Shown: positions 11,401-24,021, counted from the stretch's first letter. The stretch is 64,000 nt of DNA from Tubiluchus corallicola (GCA_030141605.1 JAQGDQ010000777.1:1-64000), one strand, 5' to 3'. Made by a program: numbers and translations. Notes: generated from the letters alone by a model not told the origin.

Positions 11401-14400
11401 TTTTATCAAGTTTATGTATGAAGGTTCATATGATAAAGTGTAAATTTGGCGTGTTTGCACGTGAGGGTAGTACTATTTGCTTCACAGCTCCAGTACAATG
11501 TGCTCACAGCTCCAGCAATCATGTGCACATGCTTGAGATAAGACGTTGTACTTTAGGTAGAAAAAGTACTGTCGCTCACACAGTGTGTTCTGTCAGTTGT
11601 CACGTGATTAAAAGCCGTGCGCTAGCATATTCCTGACCTGCAACGACACAAGCTTCTCGAAAGCAAACAATTTTTTTGTTTAGGATTTTATCAATTTGTT
11701 TGTGTTCGTGTGTGTTTAAACTTACAGTTAAAAGTTACAACATTAAAATTACGTATGTTTGTTTCGTTTTATACAGTATTAAAGCAATCTGTAACAATTT
11801 TCTGAAGCAGCACCTCACTAATTTTAACTAAGAGCCGCCATATTTTTTTCGCTTTTGTTTTTGGTTCAAACGATTAATGTTGCGGTGTTGTTCCCTCACT
11901 TTTGTGTGTTTAGTTGGTTGTTCGTTTGTTATTATTTTTTCCTTATTTTGCTTTTATATTTTTTGCTGCAGGGTGTGCTGTTCTGGAATGCTCCCTACAA
12001 AAATTTCTCAATCCGAGATAATTAAAATGGAAAAAGTTATTAAAACAAATCCTGCAATTAATGAATATTGAATTGTGTGCTTGCATAGCAAAATCGTCCA
12101 TAAGTCGGCAATTAAGTTTTTCTAGTTATTCACGTATCCTTAATCTCCGTTTCATGAAGATCATTTTCATACCAAGTTCATTGGTCTGTATTATTTCTAA
12201 GCTAAGATAATCCACGTTTAATTGAAGGTCCGTTTGTGTGCCTGCATAGCAAAATCATCCATAAGTCGCTATAGTTTTTCTAGTTATTCACATATCCTGT
12301 ATCTCTATTTCACGAGGATCATTTTGATACCAAGTTCATCGCTCTATGTTATTTCTAAGCTGAGATAATTCGCGTTGAAGTTGAGGTGCAGGTTACGCAC
12401 TGACAAACGTAGCCTTTAGAAAATCGCTGTCAAAGTCAGCCATTGTTTTTTGTCACGTTTCTACAAAACACTTAGCAACCACTTAAATGTTGGTTGCTAT
12501 GGACTTTGCACGAACAAGTTGAAGTTATGTTTAAATCCAGCAGATGGGTCTTCCAAACAAAGATCTGAGCTTGGCAGCAGAAAAATTCACATACAAAATC
12601 ATTGCTTCCACGCACCACTATCGGAGTTTGAAACTACGAATTTTTTTTCAATTGCAGTTCTAGTTTCTAGACAGAAAAATTCGTACAGGAGTTATAAAAT
12701 TTGATTTTTAGTATTTTTCTTAACATTTTTTTGATAATTTGAAACTAGAATATAAACGTCCAATATATTTAGAGTTTGTTTTTATTAAAAAAAACAAATT
12801 AACATTTGACCAAATTTTTGGTACATTTTACTTTGAGACCCCACAACGTAGTTTTAACTATGCCGACTTATGGATGGTTTTGGTTTGCAAGCACACATTT
12901 TCAACCATGGAGTGCTATTAATCCTCTTCCAACATTTAGCATTTTCTTTAATTTCTTATTTAGCGGCAACTGCTGGGCCATCGAACACCTGGGTTCCTCT
13001 TTCTGGACCGACTTTTCCGTCCAGTGCTACAGCATCGGCTACCGCATCGTCAAACGCCGCAATTCCGCTTCCCGACGTGGAGGATTCAAACAAAGTCGGC
13101 GAGCGATTGAACACCACCAAGGTTTGTCTTTAATGAATTCATTGATTATTTGATTAGTTAATCGATTACTTGATTGGGTGATTGTTGGTTGGTTGGTGGT
13201 TGGTTGGATGGCTGGCTGGTTGGTTGGTGGGTTAGTTGGTTGGTTTAGTTAAAGTATTATTGCAGAGGAAATTTCCAACTGATTTAAATCTATTAAAGCA
13301 CAAGACAACCCTCCACTTACATCAAGCTTAAAACATTTGCCTCGAAATTTTATACCATTGTATAACACGTGTAAATTTAGACTCCCACGATGACCGTTAG
13401 GCGCAGTCATTTTAATGGTAGGTCGTTTGAAACAAGTTTTCATAACATTGAGTGAAGTTTGAAAAAATAATCAGAGCATTTGTAGCGCACATGTTGCTAA
13501 TTAAGTAAAATTTTAAATCACTGTATCTTGGCAATAAGATTAAAAATACGTTTTTTGGCTTGTGAGTGGTGCACCCTGGAGGGTGAGTCAGCGACATTTT
13601 ACTAATTAGCGCAAAAATTTTCAATTATTAGTTTCGTTACATAAGTCATTCCAGCAGGAAAATGAAATGCCAAGTAATATAGATTTACACGGAAAGCTTT
13701 TTGGGTCATAATTTAACATTGCCTTTTCTTCCCCTGATTCATGTTTGCATAGTGACGTCATGTAATGACGCCGTCGGGAGGATTAAAATGAAAATGAGCG
13801 AAAATTCCTTTCAACGCGAAATATGTGCATAAAATTGCTGTAAAGTAGTATAATTTTTTAAGGCAGTTTTTCTGAAACCTACTTCAAGTGCCCCTTTCCT
13901 TGTCCTTTAACGAGGCAACCTCGTATGTACTCTTGGGAATGTCGAGAAGAGTTTGAAAAACAACAGGGTTTTGTTAAGAGAATCCCCGCTAACAACGAGT
14001 CGATTCTATAACAATCTTTTCACGACGTGAGCGAGCCAACCCTGTTTCAGTAATTCCGTTTTTGTTCTGAAAAACAGAGTCATTCCGGGAAGAGAATGCT
14101 GATTGTACAAAGGCACTTTAAACTTCAACAATGTAAAGTGGGTCATTCATTCAGTCAGTGAATCACTTGGGCACCGCAGCATTACGAGAGTTTGGTAGGC
14201 TGCCGATTTTGTGTTAACCATTAATTTGTTGGAAATTACAACGCGCTTTGTTACGTTTCAGAAACCGACTTGCACGGTGGCGCCACTCAGTAAGGCGCAA
14301 AAGGCAACAGAGCAAGTCGTGACGCCCGGTTTCACGGGTTTGGACAACTTAGGCAACACCTGTTTCATGAACAGTGTTCTACAGGCTTTGGCAAATACCA

Positions 14401-14424
14401 GAGAGTTTCGTGACTACTTCCTAG
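2455..14424 (+). CDS. USP19: USP19-like ubiquitin C-terminal hydrolase, 5' part only (two CS domains, SIAH-degron-like motif, Cys box)
   Basis: Phase-consistent GT-AG exons: 2455-2554, 5065-5193, 5579-5706, 8809-8871, 9605-9705, 9883-10067, 12964-13121, 14262-14424. Peptides [26 protein letters not shown]...[24 protein letters not shown] and [33 protein letters not shown] match the USP19 architecture. No further exons found. Confidence 0.9.
3495..4057 (-). mobile_element. 5S rRNA-headed retroposed insert with RTE-type 3' tail (SINE3-like element or chimeric retrocopy)
   Basis: 5S head at 4057-3922, then a body, then tail ...CCGAGACAGAAGGATGCCAACAAC. Flanked by direct repeat aatgcaatac (3485-3494 and 4058-4067). 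Confidence 0.75.
3922..4057 (-). pseudogene. 5S rRNA-derived sequence (pseudogene or SINE head)
   Basis: CTACGGCCATATCACGTTGAAAACACCGG...GATCACC.AAGTTAAGC...TTAGTACTT.GATGGGT...GGAATACCAGGTGCTATAGGC. Has a ~17-nt internal insertion and no T-run terminator. Confidence 0.9.
4250..4717. repeat. Dispersed repeat, also at ~7730-8172 (mirrors ~43430-43895 and ~40010-40455)
   Basis: Shared blocks gcaaaacc.gacccaa, ttattatcaca.aaacacaatttc, gttagacgggcactag and gctgttgaaaattatgtt. Confidence 0.75.
5295..5471. repeat. ~43-bp tandem repeat, ~4 units
   Basis: Unit ttgacacacttataatttattggacaaagaaagtcatgtgacc. The mirror at ~42720-42850 is about one unit shorter. Confidence 0.8.
5779..6239. mobile_element. 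hAT-like MITE, CAGGGATGAGA TIR family (mirror ~41950-42413)
   Basis: Ends cagggatgagaat and atctcatccatg. Internal homology to 14474-14760. Confidence 0.7.
8359..8625 (+). mobile_element. tRNA-derived SINE, possibly with a Meta/MESC-type core (mirror ~39560-39830 -)
   Basis: A box tagtctagtg and B box gttcgaacc, then ggtcataccaaag...aaaaatggtacc, ending aataaagtt(att)n. Core assignment is from memory. Confidence 0.7.
9133..9528. mobile_element. Partial copy of the Kolobok-like element at 21409-21949 (mirror ~38656-39050)
   Basis: Collinear homology to 21541-21953, ending ttttccttaa. Confidence 0.7.
10665..10768. mobile_element. Tc1/mariner-pogo-like MITE end
   Basis: Minus strand reads TA-CAGTCAACCTCGGATATAAGGGA, with repeated tataaggga subterminal motifs. 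Confidence 0.4.
12074..12376. repeat. Two tandem ~160-bp units
   Basis: tgtgtgc.tgcatagcaaaatc.tccataagtcg...ataccaagttcat...atttctaagct occurs twice. Confidence 0.75.
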
Positions 14425-14473
14425 GTAAGCTGGCTCTCTCAGGGGCGTGTCACAACTTTACGACGCCCTAGGC

Positions 14474-14760
14474 CAGGGATGAGAATTTTCCGTGGGTACG
14501 TGAAATTCCGAGTTTTTGGAAGGCTTACCATTTTTGTAAGTCGCGTAAATTCGTTGAGAAAATTTCTACGGATCCAGTACATTATTTCATAAGCTGACCG
14601 CTTAAGTCCGCTTAGAGGCTCCATATGGTCACAAAATTGCAATTTGTTGCTGGCTCCAAGGGGGTTTCACCCCCCTTGAAAGAACCCCCATAAAGCCTAC
14701 TCGACCTTCAAACCCCTGGCCTGTTTCAGAGCTTTTTGCAATTTGTCATTCTCATCCCAG
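14474..14760. mobile_element. hAT MITE with 8-bp TSD (mirror 33356-33642)
   Basis: TIR CAGGGATGAGAAT...ATTCTCATCCC(A/T)G flanked by ccctaggc at 14466-14473 and 14761-14768. Confidence 0.85.
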
Positions 14761-15334
14761 CCCTAGGCTGATAGTTCTGTCTCACCCATCTCTGTTGTGA
14801 ATGAGTAGGTCAAACAATTACTTGAGGTGTATTAGAAACACTATTAACCCAGTTTGTACGTGGTCATTATAAATTACATATATTTCCACAGCTCTTGCTA
14901 ATATGCAGTTTCAACAATTACTTGTGGTGTATTAGAAACACTATTAACCTAGTTTGCTATAGTTATAATAATGTGGTGATTATAAATTACATGTATTTGC
15001 ATAGTGTTTATATTCAAGCTGGCTGTGCAACTGCTTGTTTGTGTAATACCTTGCACTTGTTCATTAAGTGGCACTTATCTAAAAGGTGTCCTCAGTAACT
15101 GCCTGTGGTGTGTTATAAAATGTGCCCTTTTTTCAGTAAAATGTGACACCTTCAAACTTTGGCGTCCTAGGCTATAGCCTAGTTAGTCTATCGATTAATA
15201 TGCCTCTGAGCTGTCTTATTATTCTGTGCATCTTCAGTCTTGACCGCGAGAGTTGTTGCTATGAAAGGAGTTGCTTCGTCATGGAAACGACAAACAATTT
15301 GTTTACTTCATTGCTTATTTTTATTTGTTAAATG

Positions 15335-16435
15335 CAGCGATGGGCGATTAATAAATTAATTGAGATTACAACCGTGTATGAATCGATATATAATTACTTG
15401 AACAGTAATTCTGTTAATTGAGATTAATTGAGAGCAAAGTATACGTGTTGCTGTTGTTGGCATCCTTCTGTCTCAGAAGACAATGGAGTGTGCGCCAAGA
15501 GAGTCAGTTATTGATCACATTGGTGGAGCTGCAGCGTCGACTGTGGCTGAGCAGTCTGATCCTTGAACCACTGGAATGGCCTCTCCAGGGCACACTGCTG
15601 GGCAAGCTGTATGGAGATCTTGATTTGCCCAGACAACAGGAATCCCCCCTCTCTTCCTCCCTGGTGTTGGTTGGTTGGCATCCTTCTGTCTCGGAAGACA
15701 ATGGGGTGTGCGCCAAGAGAGTCAGTTATTGATCACATTGATGGAGCAGCAGCGTCGACTGTGGCTGAGCAGTCTGATTATTGAACCACTGGAATGGCTT
15801 CTCCAGGGCACACGACTGGGCAAGGTGTATGGAGATCCTGAGTTGTCCAGACAACAGGAACTCCCTCTCAACCTCCCTGGTGTAGTCCAAAGGAAAGCAG
15901 AGCGATACGTTTGGCACCAGGTTGCCTGCAGGAGCTGCCGGAGTCAGTGAGCCTGTTGTACTGGTCCGCCTTCGGGGCTCCACTCCTGATTTGGAAGGTT
16001 TACTCCTCTACACGTGGCCGTTGGGTCACTTGACCTCCTCCGCCCTCTAGCCATGTTGCACATTTACTAAAAGGTAGTGTTTTAACACAAATAAATGGAA
16101 TTCTTGCATTTTTTCTTCGTTCTTCTCAAATTACACAACGAACATAATTACAAACCACAGTTTTGCAAACTGGGACTTATTCCCTTTCACGTGACGTGTG
16201 TAATGGACATAGCAATAGAATAATTAACGAACATACGTGTCTACAAAAATAGTTATGAAAATGGCAGACAACGATGAAAGCCATGAAGAAGTTGATAGGC
16301 TGTATTTCAGTGCTGCAATGTTTGAAAAATGTGGCGAAAAACACTAAAAAATTACCGTAAAAGACTGATCGATATATTGAATTACAAGAAAAAGATTATC
16401 ATCGAATTAGATAATTTCAAAATCGCCCATCGCTA
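15335..16435. mobile_element. hAT-like non-autonomous element containing nested RTE-tailed repeats (mirror ~31672-32781)
   Basis: TIR (T/C)AGCGATGGGCGATT...AATCGCCCATCGCTA. 8-bp TSD gttaaatg/gttatatg with one mismatch. Confidence 0.75.
15449..16053 (-). mobile_element. Two tandem 5'-truncated copies of the RTE-tailed repeat, without 5S head (mirror ~32054-32660)
   Basis: 15449-15666 and 15667-16053 are both homologous to 3495-3862. Each has the AGAAGGATGCCAAC tail. Confidence 0.8.
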
Positions 16436-16735
16436 GTTATATGTTATAATTCTTTATGCAGGAAGAATGAAATAACATTATAGAATATCCCCGCGAAGCA
16501 TTGCGGTACGATAAAATATGCTTAGCATAGGTACCACAGTTCAATACGTGACAATACAATACAATTTAGAATGCAATATTTAACACCGCCGTCGTCGTCG
16601 TCATCATCCATCATCACCATCATCCAATGAATCACACGTGGGCCTGGAACGGAACACCCGCGCGATAAGTGAGGGAACACTGTATTGACAATATTTAACA
16701 GTGAGATGCAATATTGTTGCATTCCGTGTTGTTGT

Positions 16736-19700
16736 TTATTCTTGTTTCCGTGGATACCACAGCTTCGTAACAGGCGGCAGGAGCAGTGCCACTAGAGCCG
16801 ATAGAATCATAGCTGTACCCATGGTTAAAAACGGCAAAGTTGTGTTGCCGTTGACGTCGTACATCGCACCTAAAAAGATAAACAGGTAGTACCTGCAGGA
16901 CTGCACCATTCGAAACAGGTCTTATAAGACTGCATGAGCACAGACATAACTAAATGATTACAAATTAGGTACTGTTCTATTGAGGAGATTATCAGCTGTC
17001 TAATCATGCTGTTTGTTTAGACATTTATAAGTGATTTTATTGAATAACATTAAGAAAAAACATCCTTTCGGGCACTCCAATTTAGCCTGTTGAAAAGCTT
17101 AGTCTGGTGCACACTTGCGTGATCGTACACACTAATTTATTGATCACCTGCTTGCTAGAGCCCAGAGAACTGTTTATTGTACAGAGTTCTAGGAAAGGCC
17201 AACGGATCAGCCAAGGAGAAACTGAAGTGTCCTTAGAAATAGAGTAGACTTGAGGCTAAAGAAGTGAAACTGTACATTGTTACGGTGCAAACACTGCTGC
17301 CACTGAAAGCTTTTTCAATTTTTTTAAATCGTTTTTTAATTCGTAAGTCATATATAATTTTGCATCTAAATCTATCGTATGAGGAGTAGAAACTTACAAA
17401 AATGATCAAGTAAAATGTAATCACCGAGAGCAGTTTCTAATGAACACGTACAAAATGTATTAAATGTTTACGGATCTGAAGGTGTCAATATGCACTAGCT
17501 GCGTTATTCAAATACATACATTGTACATTGTATACATTATACATTGTTACTAAGTTTCTAAATGATCTTACCTAACAGCAGTGGACCCAAGAACAGACAA
17601 GGCGTCTCGAACAGCATGTACGCCGAGTAGTAATCGGTGAAAAGATCCGCGCCCGCCATGTCTCTCAATATGACACTAGTGGGCGAGAAACACAGTCCGT
17701 ACAGTCCACCGGACAACACGACCAGCACGTACAGAGACGTATACTCGTGTGCTACGCAGAACAGCAGCGTCACTGATCCGGTGACGAAAGCGATGAAACA
17801 GTAACCGAACTGACGCGCGTACACGTTGCTGAATTGCTTGTAGTCCCAGATAGGACTGGCCAGTAGTACAGACACTGTGTACACTGCGGAGTTTATCGAC
17901 AACATGGTCGCTTCATTTACGTCACTACCAGTGACTTCTACCGACTTGAATGGCAGGTAGACGTTCAGGTTAATGAAAGGTAGGTCAAATAGACTGACCA
18001 TGATGAGAAATATCCATAAGCGGATGTCCTTCAGTACGCTCCATTGAAATCCTCCTCGTTTTTCCTTTTTATGCTTCTTCTTGGTCTTTTCTGCAGTGTC
18101 CTCATCATCAGCAGCGGCACTGGTCATCGCCATTTCTATTAAATCCAGTCTACTACTCGGCACGACGGAATATGCGAAGTTTGCGTTGTTGTCGCCGTTG
18201 CCGTAGTCGTCAACCATTTCGGCCGTTGCGTTCAAATGGGCTTCTACTTTGAAATACGATTCCAAACTTGCCGAGCTCTCTCTTGGCGACTTGATATCAA
18301 ACGTCACCCGATTCGTGGTTGCCGTATCTAATTCGCTTCTGTTTGTGCCGTTGGCATCGTCGATTTTGCCGTCGTTGCTTTTTCCTCGAACTTTTACGGG
18401 CCTGTAACTCATCGCGCAGGGGAGAGCGTTCAGAATGACCGCGCTGCTGATGAGCATTGCGCCGTTGTAGCCGTATTCCTTAACGAGATAGTTGAGGAGG
18501 TAACTGAGAGGCACCATCATGATGCCAATTCCGCTGTAGGCGATTCCGATGGCGAACGACAGGTGCTTGTCGAAGTACTTGTTGATTATTGCGAAGCCGG
18601 ACATCGAGACGAATTTGCTTGAGCAACCTGTCAAAGAGAAAGTGTTATAGTAGCGAACTAATTAATGCTAGTAATTAATTAATTGATTTACTTAACACTG
18701 ATCTTGTTACAATGGCAGTGTTAAAAAAACTGGATTTGTTTTAGATCCTAGTGCAGACCAAACTTTTTTGGACCTTTGACCCCTTCGTGGAATCCTTGAT
18801 TTCTCATCGACCCCTCAGGCATGTACAGAAAAATAAATATGGATAATACTTAAGTAGATGTGCAGTTTTCATATATGCTAGTGAGTGGAACTATATCTTT
18901 AACATTCGCTAAAGAGTTATTTACAAATTCACAATATGACATTGGGTTTCCATTGAAAAATTTATGCAGATTGTTGAAGTTCAGTTCAGTGTTACCTTCA
19001 CGAAGGTGATTTGTAAGTGGACAAAAACAGATAACATGCTCTTCTGTTTGAATGTTTAAACCAGGGCGGGAGCATAGCCTGTCTTCTCTTTTTATCCTTG
19101 CCCATCTTCCAGTCTCAATAGCTAGGTTATGTGAGGAGAGGCATAAGCGAGATGTTTTGATCCTATGGAGCTCATTTACTTTTACACTATACATTGCACT
19201 GATAGATAGTTCCGGATTCAAATAGAGATAGGTGCACAGTTTAGTTCTTTCGAAATCCCTGATATGTTGTTTTGTGTTCTCAAGGTTGTCAGAGATAATA
19301 TCCGTTTTACGAAGGATAGCTTTCACATATTGTACACATGGTGTGTTCGCTTCCGAGCACAAATTCCACACGATCGAAAATGGGTCATCGGGCTCGTTGC
19401 CACTCAATTCAATTATTCGTTTAAAGAACCTTGATTGAGCATTTTGAACGTACACTCTGGCAGAAGGTAATCCTAGCTGGACTAAACATAAGTCATTAGC
19501 GGTTGTCTTCTTGACGCCAAGCAATGCTTTAATCACAGAATTGTACATCACATTTATCGCTTTTAAGATTGCCAGTCATCCAGGATTCACAGCTGTAGAA
19601 AATAGGTGATAGCAGGGCCGCATGCATCACTTTTTTCTTAACCCAGAATGGGAATAATCAGTTTTTGTTCATATTTAAGAACTTGAATAAGCCAAGTCAT

Positions 19701-22338
19701 CTTACAACCAATCTGCCGGAACCGATTGTGGTCAGTCAATACTACCTGTATTTCTACCAGGAGCAGGATATGACAGATCGTCCTGTTTTCCTTTATGTTA
19801 ACTCTGTTATCAAGCAAAGAATGGTCAGCATAGCAAAACTGCTGTCATCACTGTTGTCAACTTAGGCGTACAAGCCGATTTTTGTAGGGAGTAGGGGGCT
19901 GAGCCACTTTTGCCCGAAAAATACAGTGCCAACTCGAAAAAAGTCCTAAGTCGGCAATTACCCCATGATTAAAAAATGCCGGATTTCAGGCACTTAATTT
20001 GGTGACGTGAAGAAATTCCATGATTTGTTTTTATGAAAAATATTATTTTACTTTTTTCATCATTTGGCCGGTGCTCGAAAAATTTGGTGATTGCCCCCGC
20101 CGTGGCTTATACGCCTATAATTGTCATCCACTTTGTTTCATTCTTATCCACGTACAGCAGGGGTATGCAAATTGCGACCCACCGAGAGAATTTGTGCGGC
20201 CCGCGAAGACATTTGTCAACCTAATGAAAGTGTGGCCCAGGCGATTAATTGAGTGTATCCAGCTGAAGTCCGTGCCATGATCCCAAAGATAGTGCGGGTA
20301 GTTTTTTCTACTAGATCGGATGCCATTAACCCTTACAAGACGGTTGTAGCTTAATGTCACTGTACTACACAGACTGTGTGATACACATTACTAATATGCA
20401 TTGTAATGAAATTACCACTATCTGTCCTGAAAGTAGAAATATATGGTTTGTAATATAAATTTTAATAACTTCGAAAATAGTTTCTTGAGTGTAGTAGTAA
20501 TGATGTACACAGGTCGGATGCAAAAAAATCGTTATTAGGCCTTTCTGTACTTGGCTCCTTGATCAAACTGCCTGTGACCCACAGGAATTGCGGGAAAGTT
20601 TAATGTGGCCCGGCTAGTCGGATAATTTGCACACCCCTGGGGTACAGCATCTGCACGTAAGGGGGCACTGCGTATGCATGTTGATTTTGCCGCTTCTTGT
20701 ATTTCTTACCAAAAACGAATCCGTAGAAGACGTAGAGCATCCACACCGTGTCGGCAAAGTAGCAAAGTGCGACGCCCAGCGAGGCAGTGACGGCAGACGT
20801 GACGGCGGTGCTCCGTGAGCCAAACCTCTTCACGGTAGCTGATGCTAATGGACCTGAAAAGTTTAAATCGGTTCCGTTGAACTTTAATTCGGTTTGGATT
20901 TTAGTCAAATTGTGAGCAGTTCTTACTAAACTCTAGCGCACCAGCCCAACACCCACTTTCCAACCAACTTGGCAGCAGGACAACTGAGGCGGGACTGGCT
21001 TCTAATTTCTTACCGGTGATAATCCTGTAAAATGAGACATCTAACTGACAGAGGCATCGTAGTCATATTTGGGTGTGACAGAAACCCCAAGAACCACATG
21101 GAAGTGAGGCTGCCATTGGGTTAAATAAAATTACCAAAAACAGTTTCTGTCGGTCACTTATCCACTAACTGGTCAAACTTAGTGCTGCATAACTTCACAG
21201 CAAAGTGTCGTTCAGATATAGTTTCTGCTGGTCACTTATCCACTGACTGGTCAAACTCAATGCTCCATAACTTCACGACAAAGTGCCATTCGACTATTCT
21301 TATGAAGGTACTATGAACTGCCTGTATTCAGTGTTGAATATGTTGGCGTATGTCTTTGCTTTCCAATTTGAAGCAAATGGTTGGTAAGTTAAGTAGCCTA
21401 ATTTTTAAAGGAAAACTGGATGATTGTGTAAACATTAGTTCAGAATAAAGGATGCTCTAAAATATTGGAAATTACAATTGCTTTTTTTAAACCAAAGCTT
21501 AGGTTAAATAATAATTACCTCGGATACTCCAATTTTGTGAAACTTTCAAAGCTATGCGCGGTCAATGAATCTACTAAGCTTGGCAGTGGCATCGTTTTGT
21601 CACATTCGCGTGGCCGACGAATAGATGGCGCTACCGTGTTAACCATGATCATGAACTGCAGTGTTAGTTTCTGGCGTCATATGACGTAAAGCCCATTTTC
21701 GCAACATCATGCGTTTAAGCAGTATTGTAACACTTACGCAAACGTGCTTGATACGCAAGGGAAGATGTCTGCCATTGCACAAACTGTGGTTAGTTTCTGA
21801 TGTAAGCATTAGCTGTGTTTGGCTGTCATTAATTAACTTTCTAAGCTAATTATTCAAACATAAGAAACAATTGCTAACTTTTACAAAAATGCATATTTTG
21901 GACAGTAAATTAAAATGAGATTGAGTCTAAACATTCGTCCGGTTTTCCTTTAATCTATTTGCTTGTGTAACCACTTGCTGCTTCAGCATTATTCAGAGAT
22001 TTAACATGCGTGAAATGCAATACATTTACTGTTATTTAATATTTTTAGAATTTTATTCTAATATCTCAGATACATTGACATTGTATGGACAATAATATGC
22101 ATTTGCTTCAAATACCTGTTATGGCCATCACGGAAGTGAACAGACCGGAGACTCCACCTGCCAGGGCGGCGTTAAAATCTCTCCGTTCTAACATGTCGAC
22201 CATTAGGATGCCGTAGCAGGCTGCGAAACCGAAGTGCAGCCCCACGATTGCGCCCGTTGTTATGGCAATCGCCCAACCCCAGCCTCCGTCTGGTGATCTC
22301 GCTTCGTCGATTTCCGGGTCGGTAACTTCTGGGTCCAT
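16736..22338 (-). CDS. SLC16 / monocarboxylate transporter family MFS protein (518 aa)
   Basis: Exons 22116-22338, 20710-20853, 17572-18627, 16736-16869. SPDGGWGW motif; GPLASATVKRFGSR; INKYFDKHLSFAIGIAYSGIG; long central loop; GPLLLGAMYD. Confidence 0.9.
18850..19660 (-). mobile_element. LINE ORF2 C-terminal fragment (RTEX/CR1-like) in an MCT intron
   Basis: PFWVKKKV..AAL....YSCESW (frameshifted), then LLGVKKTT and RLCLSSHNLAIETGRW...REDRLC...EEHVICFCP. Confidence 0.75.
19863..20117. mobile_element. Small MITE (mirror 27990-28244)
   Basis: Terminal inverted repeats taggcgtacaagcc and ggcttatacgccta. Confidence 0.55.
21142..21295. repeat. Two tandem ~78-bp units
   Basis: agtttctg..ggtcacttatccact.actggtcaaact.a.tgct.cataacttcac occurs twice. 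Confidence 0.7.
21409..21949. mobile_element. Kolobok-like non-autonomous DNA transposon (mirror 26158-26698)
   Basis: TTAA|AGGAAAACTGGA ... TCCGGTTTTCCT|TTAA: inverted ends with a TTAA TSD. Confidence 0.75.
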
Positions 22339-22792
22339 TTTGTTGTCCGTGCGCGGGATCTGTCGTCACTTAGAGTATCCAGTTTAACTTTTGAGAAACG
22401 TCATTTTCTGTAAAATGTAATAGAAAGTGTGCATGATGAACTTAAATTACTATGCAATCACTATGTAATTATTTTCTTACCTAAGTGTGTTTTGATTTAA
22501 TGTGAATTTATTTATTTATAACTGATTAATGTCTAATTTTTGCATTGCTTATGGTAGCGTAGACATTATAGATGCATTTTTTACCAAAATTCAAATTTGG
22601 GTGAAACACCCTATTTTCGAAAATCGGCTGCAGTTTTGTTATTAATATGCAGCGAAATATCAGTAATACTTGTACACCCCAGTTAAGAAATTTCTGCAAT
22701 AATTTTAGATATCAGTTTAAGTGGTACAGTGCTTTTTCATTTTCTCCCTCTGCCCTCTTTTTCTCTACCCTGCTTGCCTACCTCCTTTCCCT

Positions 22793-22870
<78 letters not shown>
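22793..22870. repeat. (CT)n microsatellite at the inner end of the left arm
   Basis: Direct reading. Confidence 0.95.
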
Positions 22871-22873
<3 letters not shown>

Positions 22874-22876
22874 CTT

Positions 22877-23886
22877 CTCTCTTGAGGTATTTCTCCATGT
22901 TCTCTCTCTCTCTCTGGAGGTATTTCCCCATGTCCATCTCTCTCTGGAGGTATTTCCCCATGTCCGTCTCTCTCTGGAGGTATTTCTCCATGTGTCTCTC
23001 TCTCTCTCTGGAGGTATTTCCCCATGTCCATCTCTCTCTGGAGGTATTTCCCCATGTCCGTCTCTCTCTGGAGGTATTTCTCCATGTGTCTCTCTCTCTC
23101 TCTGGAGGTATTTCCCCATGGCTATCTCTCTCTGGAGGTATTTCCCCATGTCTATCTCTCTCTGGAGGTATTTCCCCATGTCTATCTCTCTCTGGAGGTA
23201 TTTCCCCATGTCTATCTCTCTCTGGAGGTATTTCCCCATGTCCATCTCTCTCTGGAGGTATTTCCCCATGTCTATCTCTCTCTGGAGGTATTTCCCCATG
23301 TCTATCTCTCTCTCTCTGGAGGTATTTCCCATGTCTATCTCTCTCTGGAGGTATTTCCCCATGTCTATCTCTCTCTGGAGGTATTTCCCCATGTCCGTCT
23401 CTCTCTGGAGGTATTTCTCCATGTGTCTCTCTCTCTCTCTGGAGGTATTTCCCCATGGCTATCTCTCTCTGGAGGTATTTCCCCATGTCTATCTCTCTCT
23501 GGAGGTATTTCCCCATGTCTATCTCTCTCTGGAGGTATTTCCCCGTGTCTATCTCTCTCTGGAGCTACTTCTGCATGTCTATCTCTCTCTGGAGGTATTT
23601 CCCCATGTCTATCTCTCTCTGGAGGTATTTCCCCATGTCTATCTCTCTCTGGAGGTATTTCCCCATGTCTATCTCTCTCTGGAGGTATTTCCCCATGTCT
23701 ATCTCTCTCTGGAGGTATTTCCCCATGTCTATCTCTCTCTGGAGGTATTTCCCCATGTCTATCTCTCTCTGGAGGTATTTCCCCATGTCTATCTCTCTCT
23801 GGAGGTATTTCCCCATGTCTATCTCTCTCTGGAGGTATTTCTCCATGTCTATCTCTCTCTGGAGGTATTTCCCCATGTCTATCTCC
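22877..23886. repeat. 30-bp minisatellite, ~32 units
   Basis: Unit atctctctctggaggtatttccccatgtct, with variants in CT number. Confidence 0.95.
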
Positions 23887-23929
23887 ATGTCTTCATTGTA
23901 TGTATTATGCTATAATGACAATAAATTGC

Positions 23930-24021
23930 TTAATTACTTACTTACTTACTTACTTACCTACTTACCTACTTAAGTTACTTGCTTACTTACTTGCTTGCTT
24001 GCCTGCTTGTTTGCTTACTTA
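23930..24021. repeat. (ACTT/GCTT)n microsatellite
   Basis: Direct reading. Confidence 0.85.

Larger units (their letters stand above)
1..22805. repeat. Left arm of ~48-kb inverted repeat
   Basis: Bases 1-36 (tggtgaagaactc...) are the exact reverse complement of 48121-48156. ORFs are mirrored throughout, e.g. 17558-18634(-) and 29473-30549(+). Confidence 0.98.

Noticed and set aside
22877-23886. CRISPR-like array of ~30-bp repeats
   Set aside because: Units are contiguous with no unique spacers, there are no cas genes, and the context is eukaryotic.
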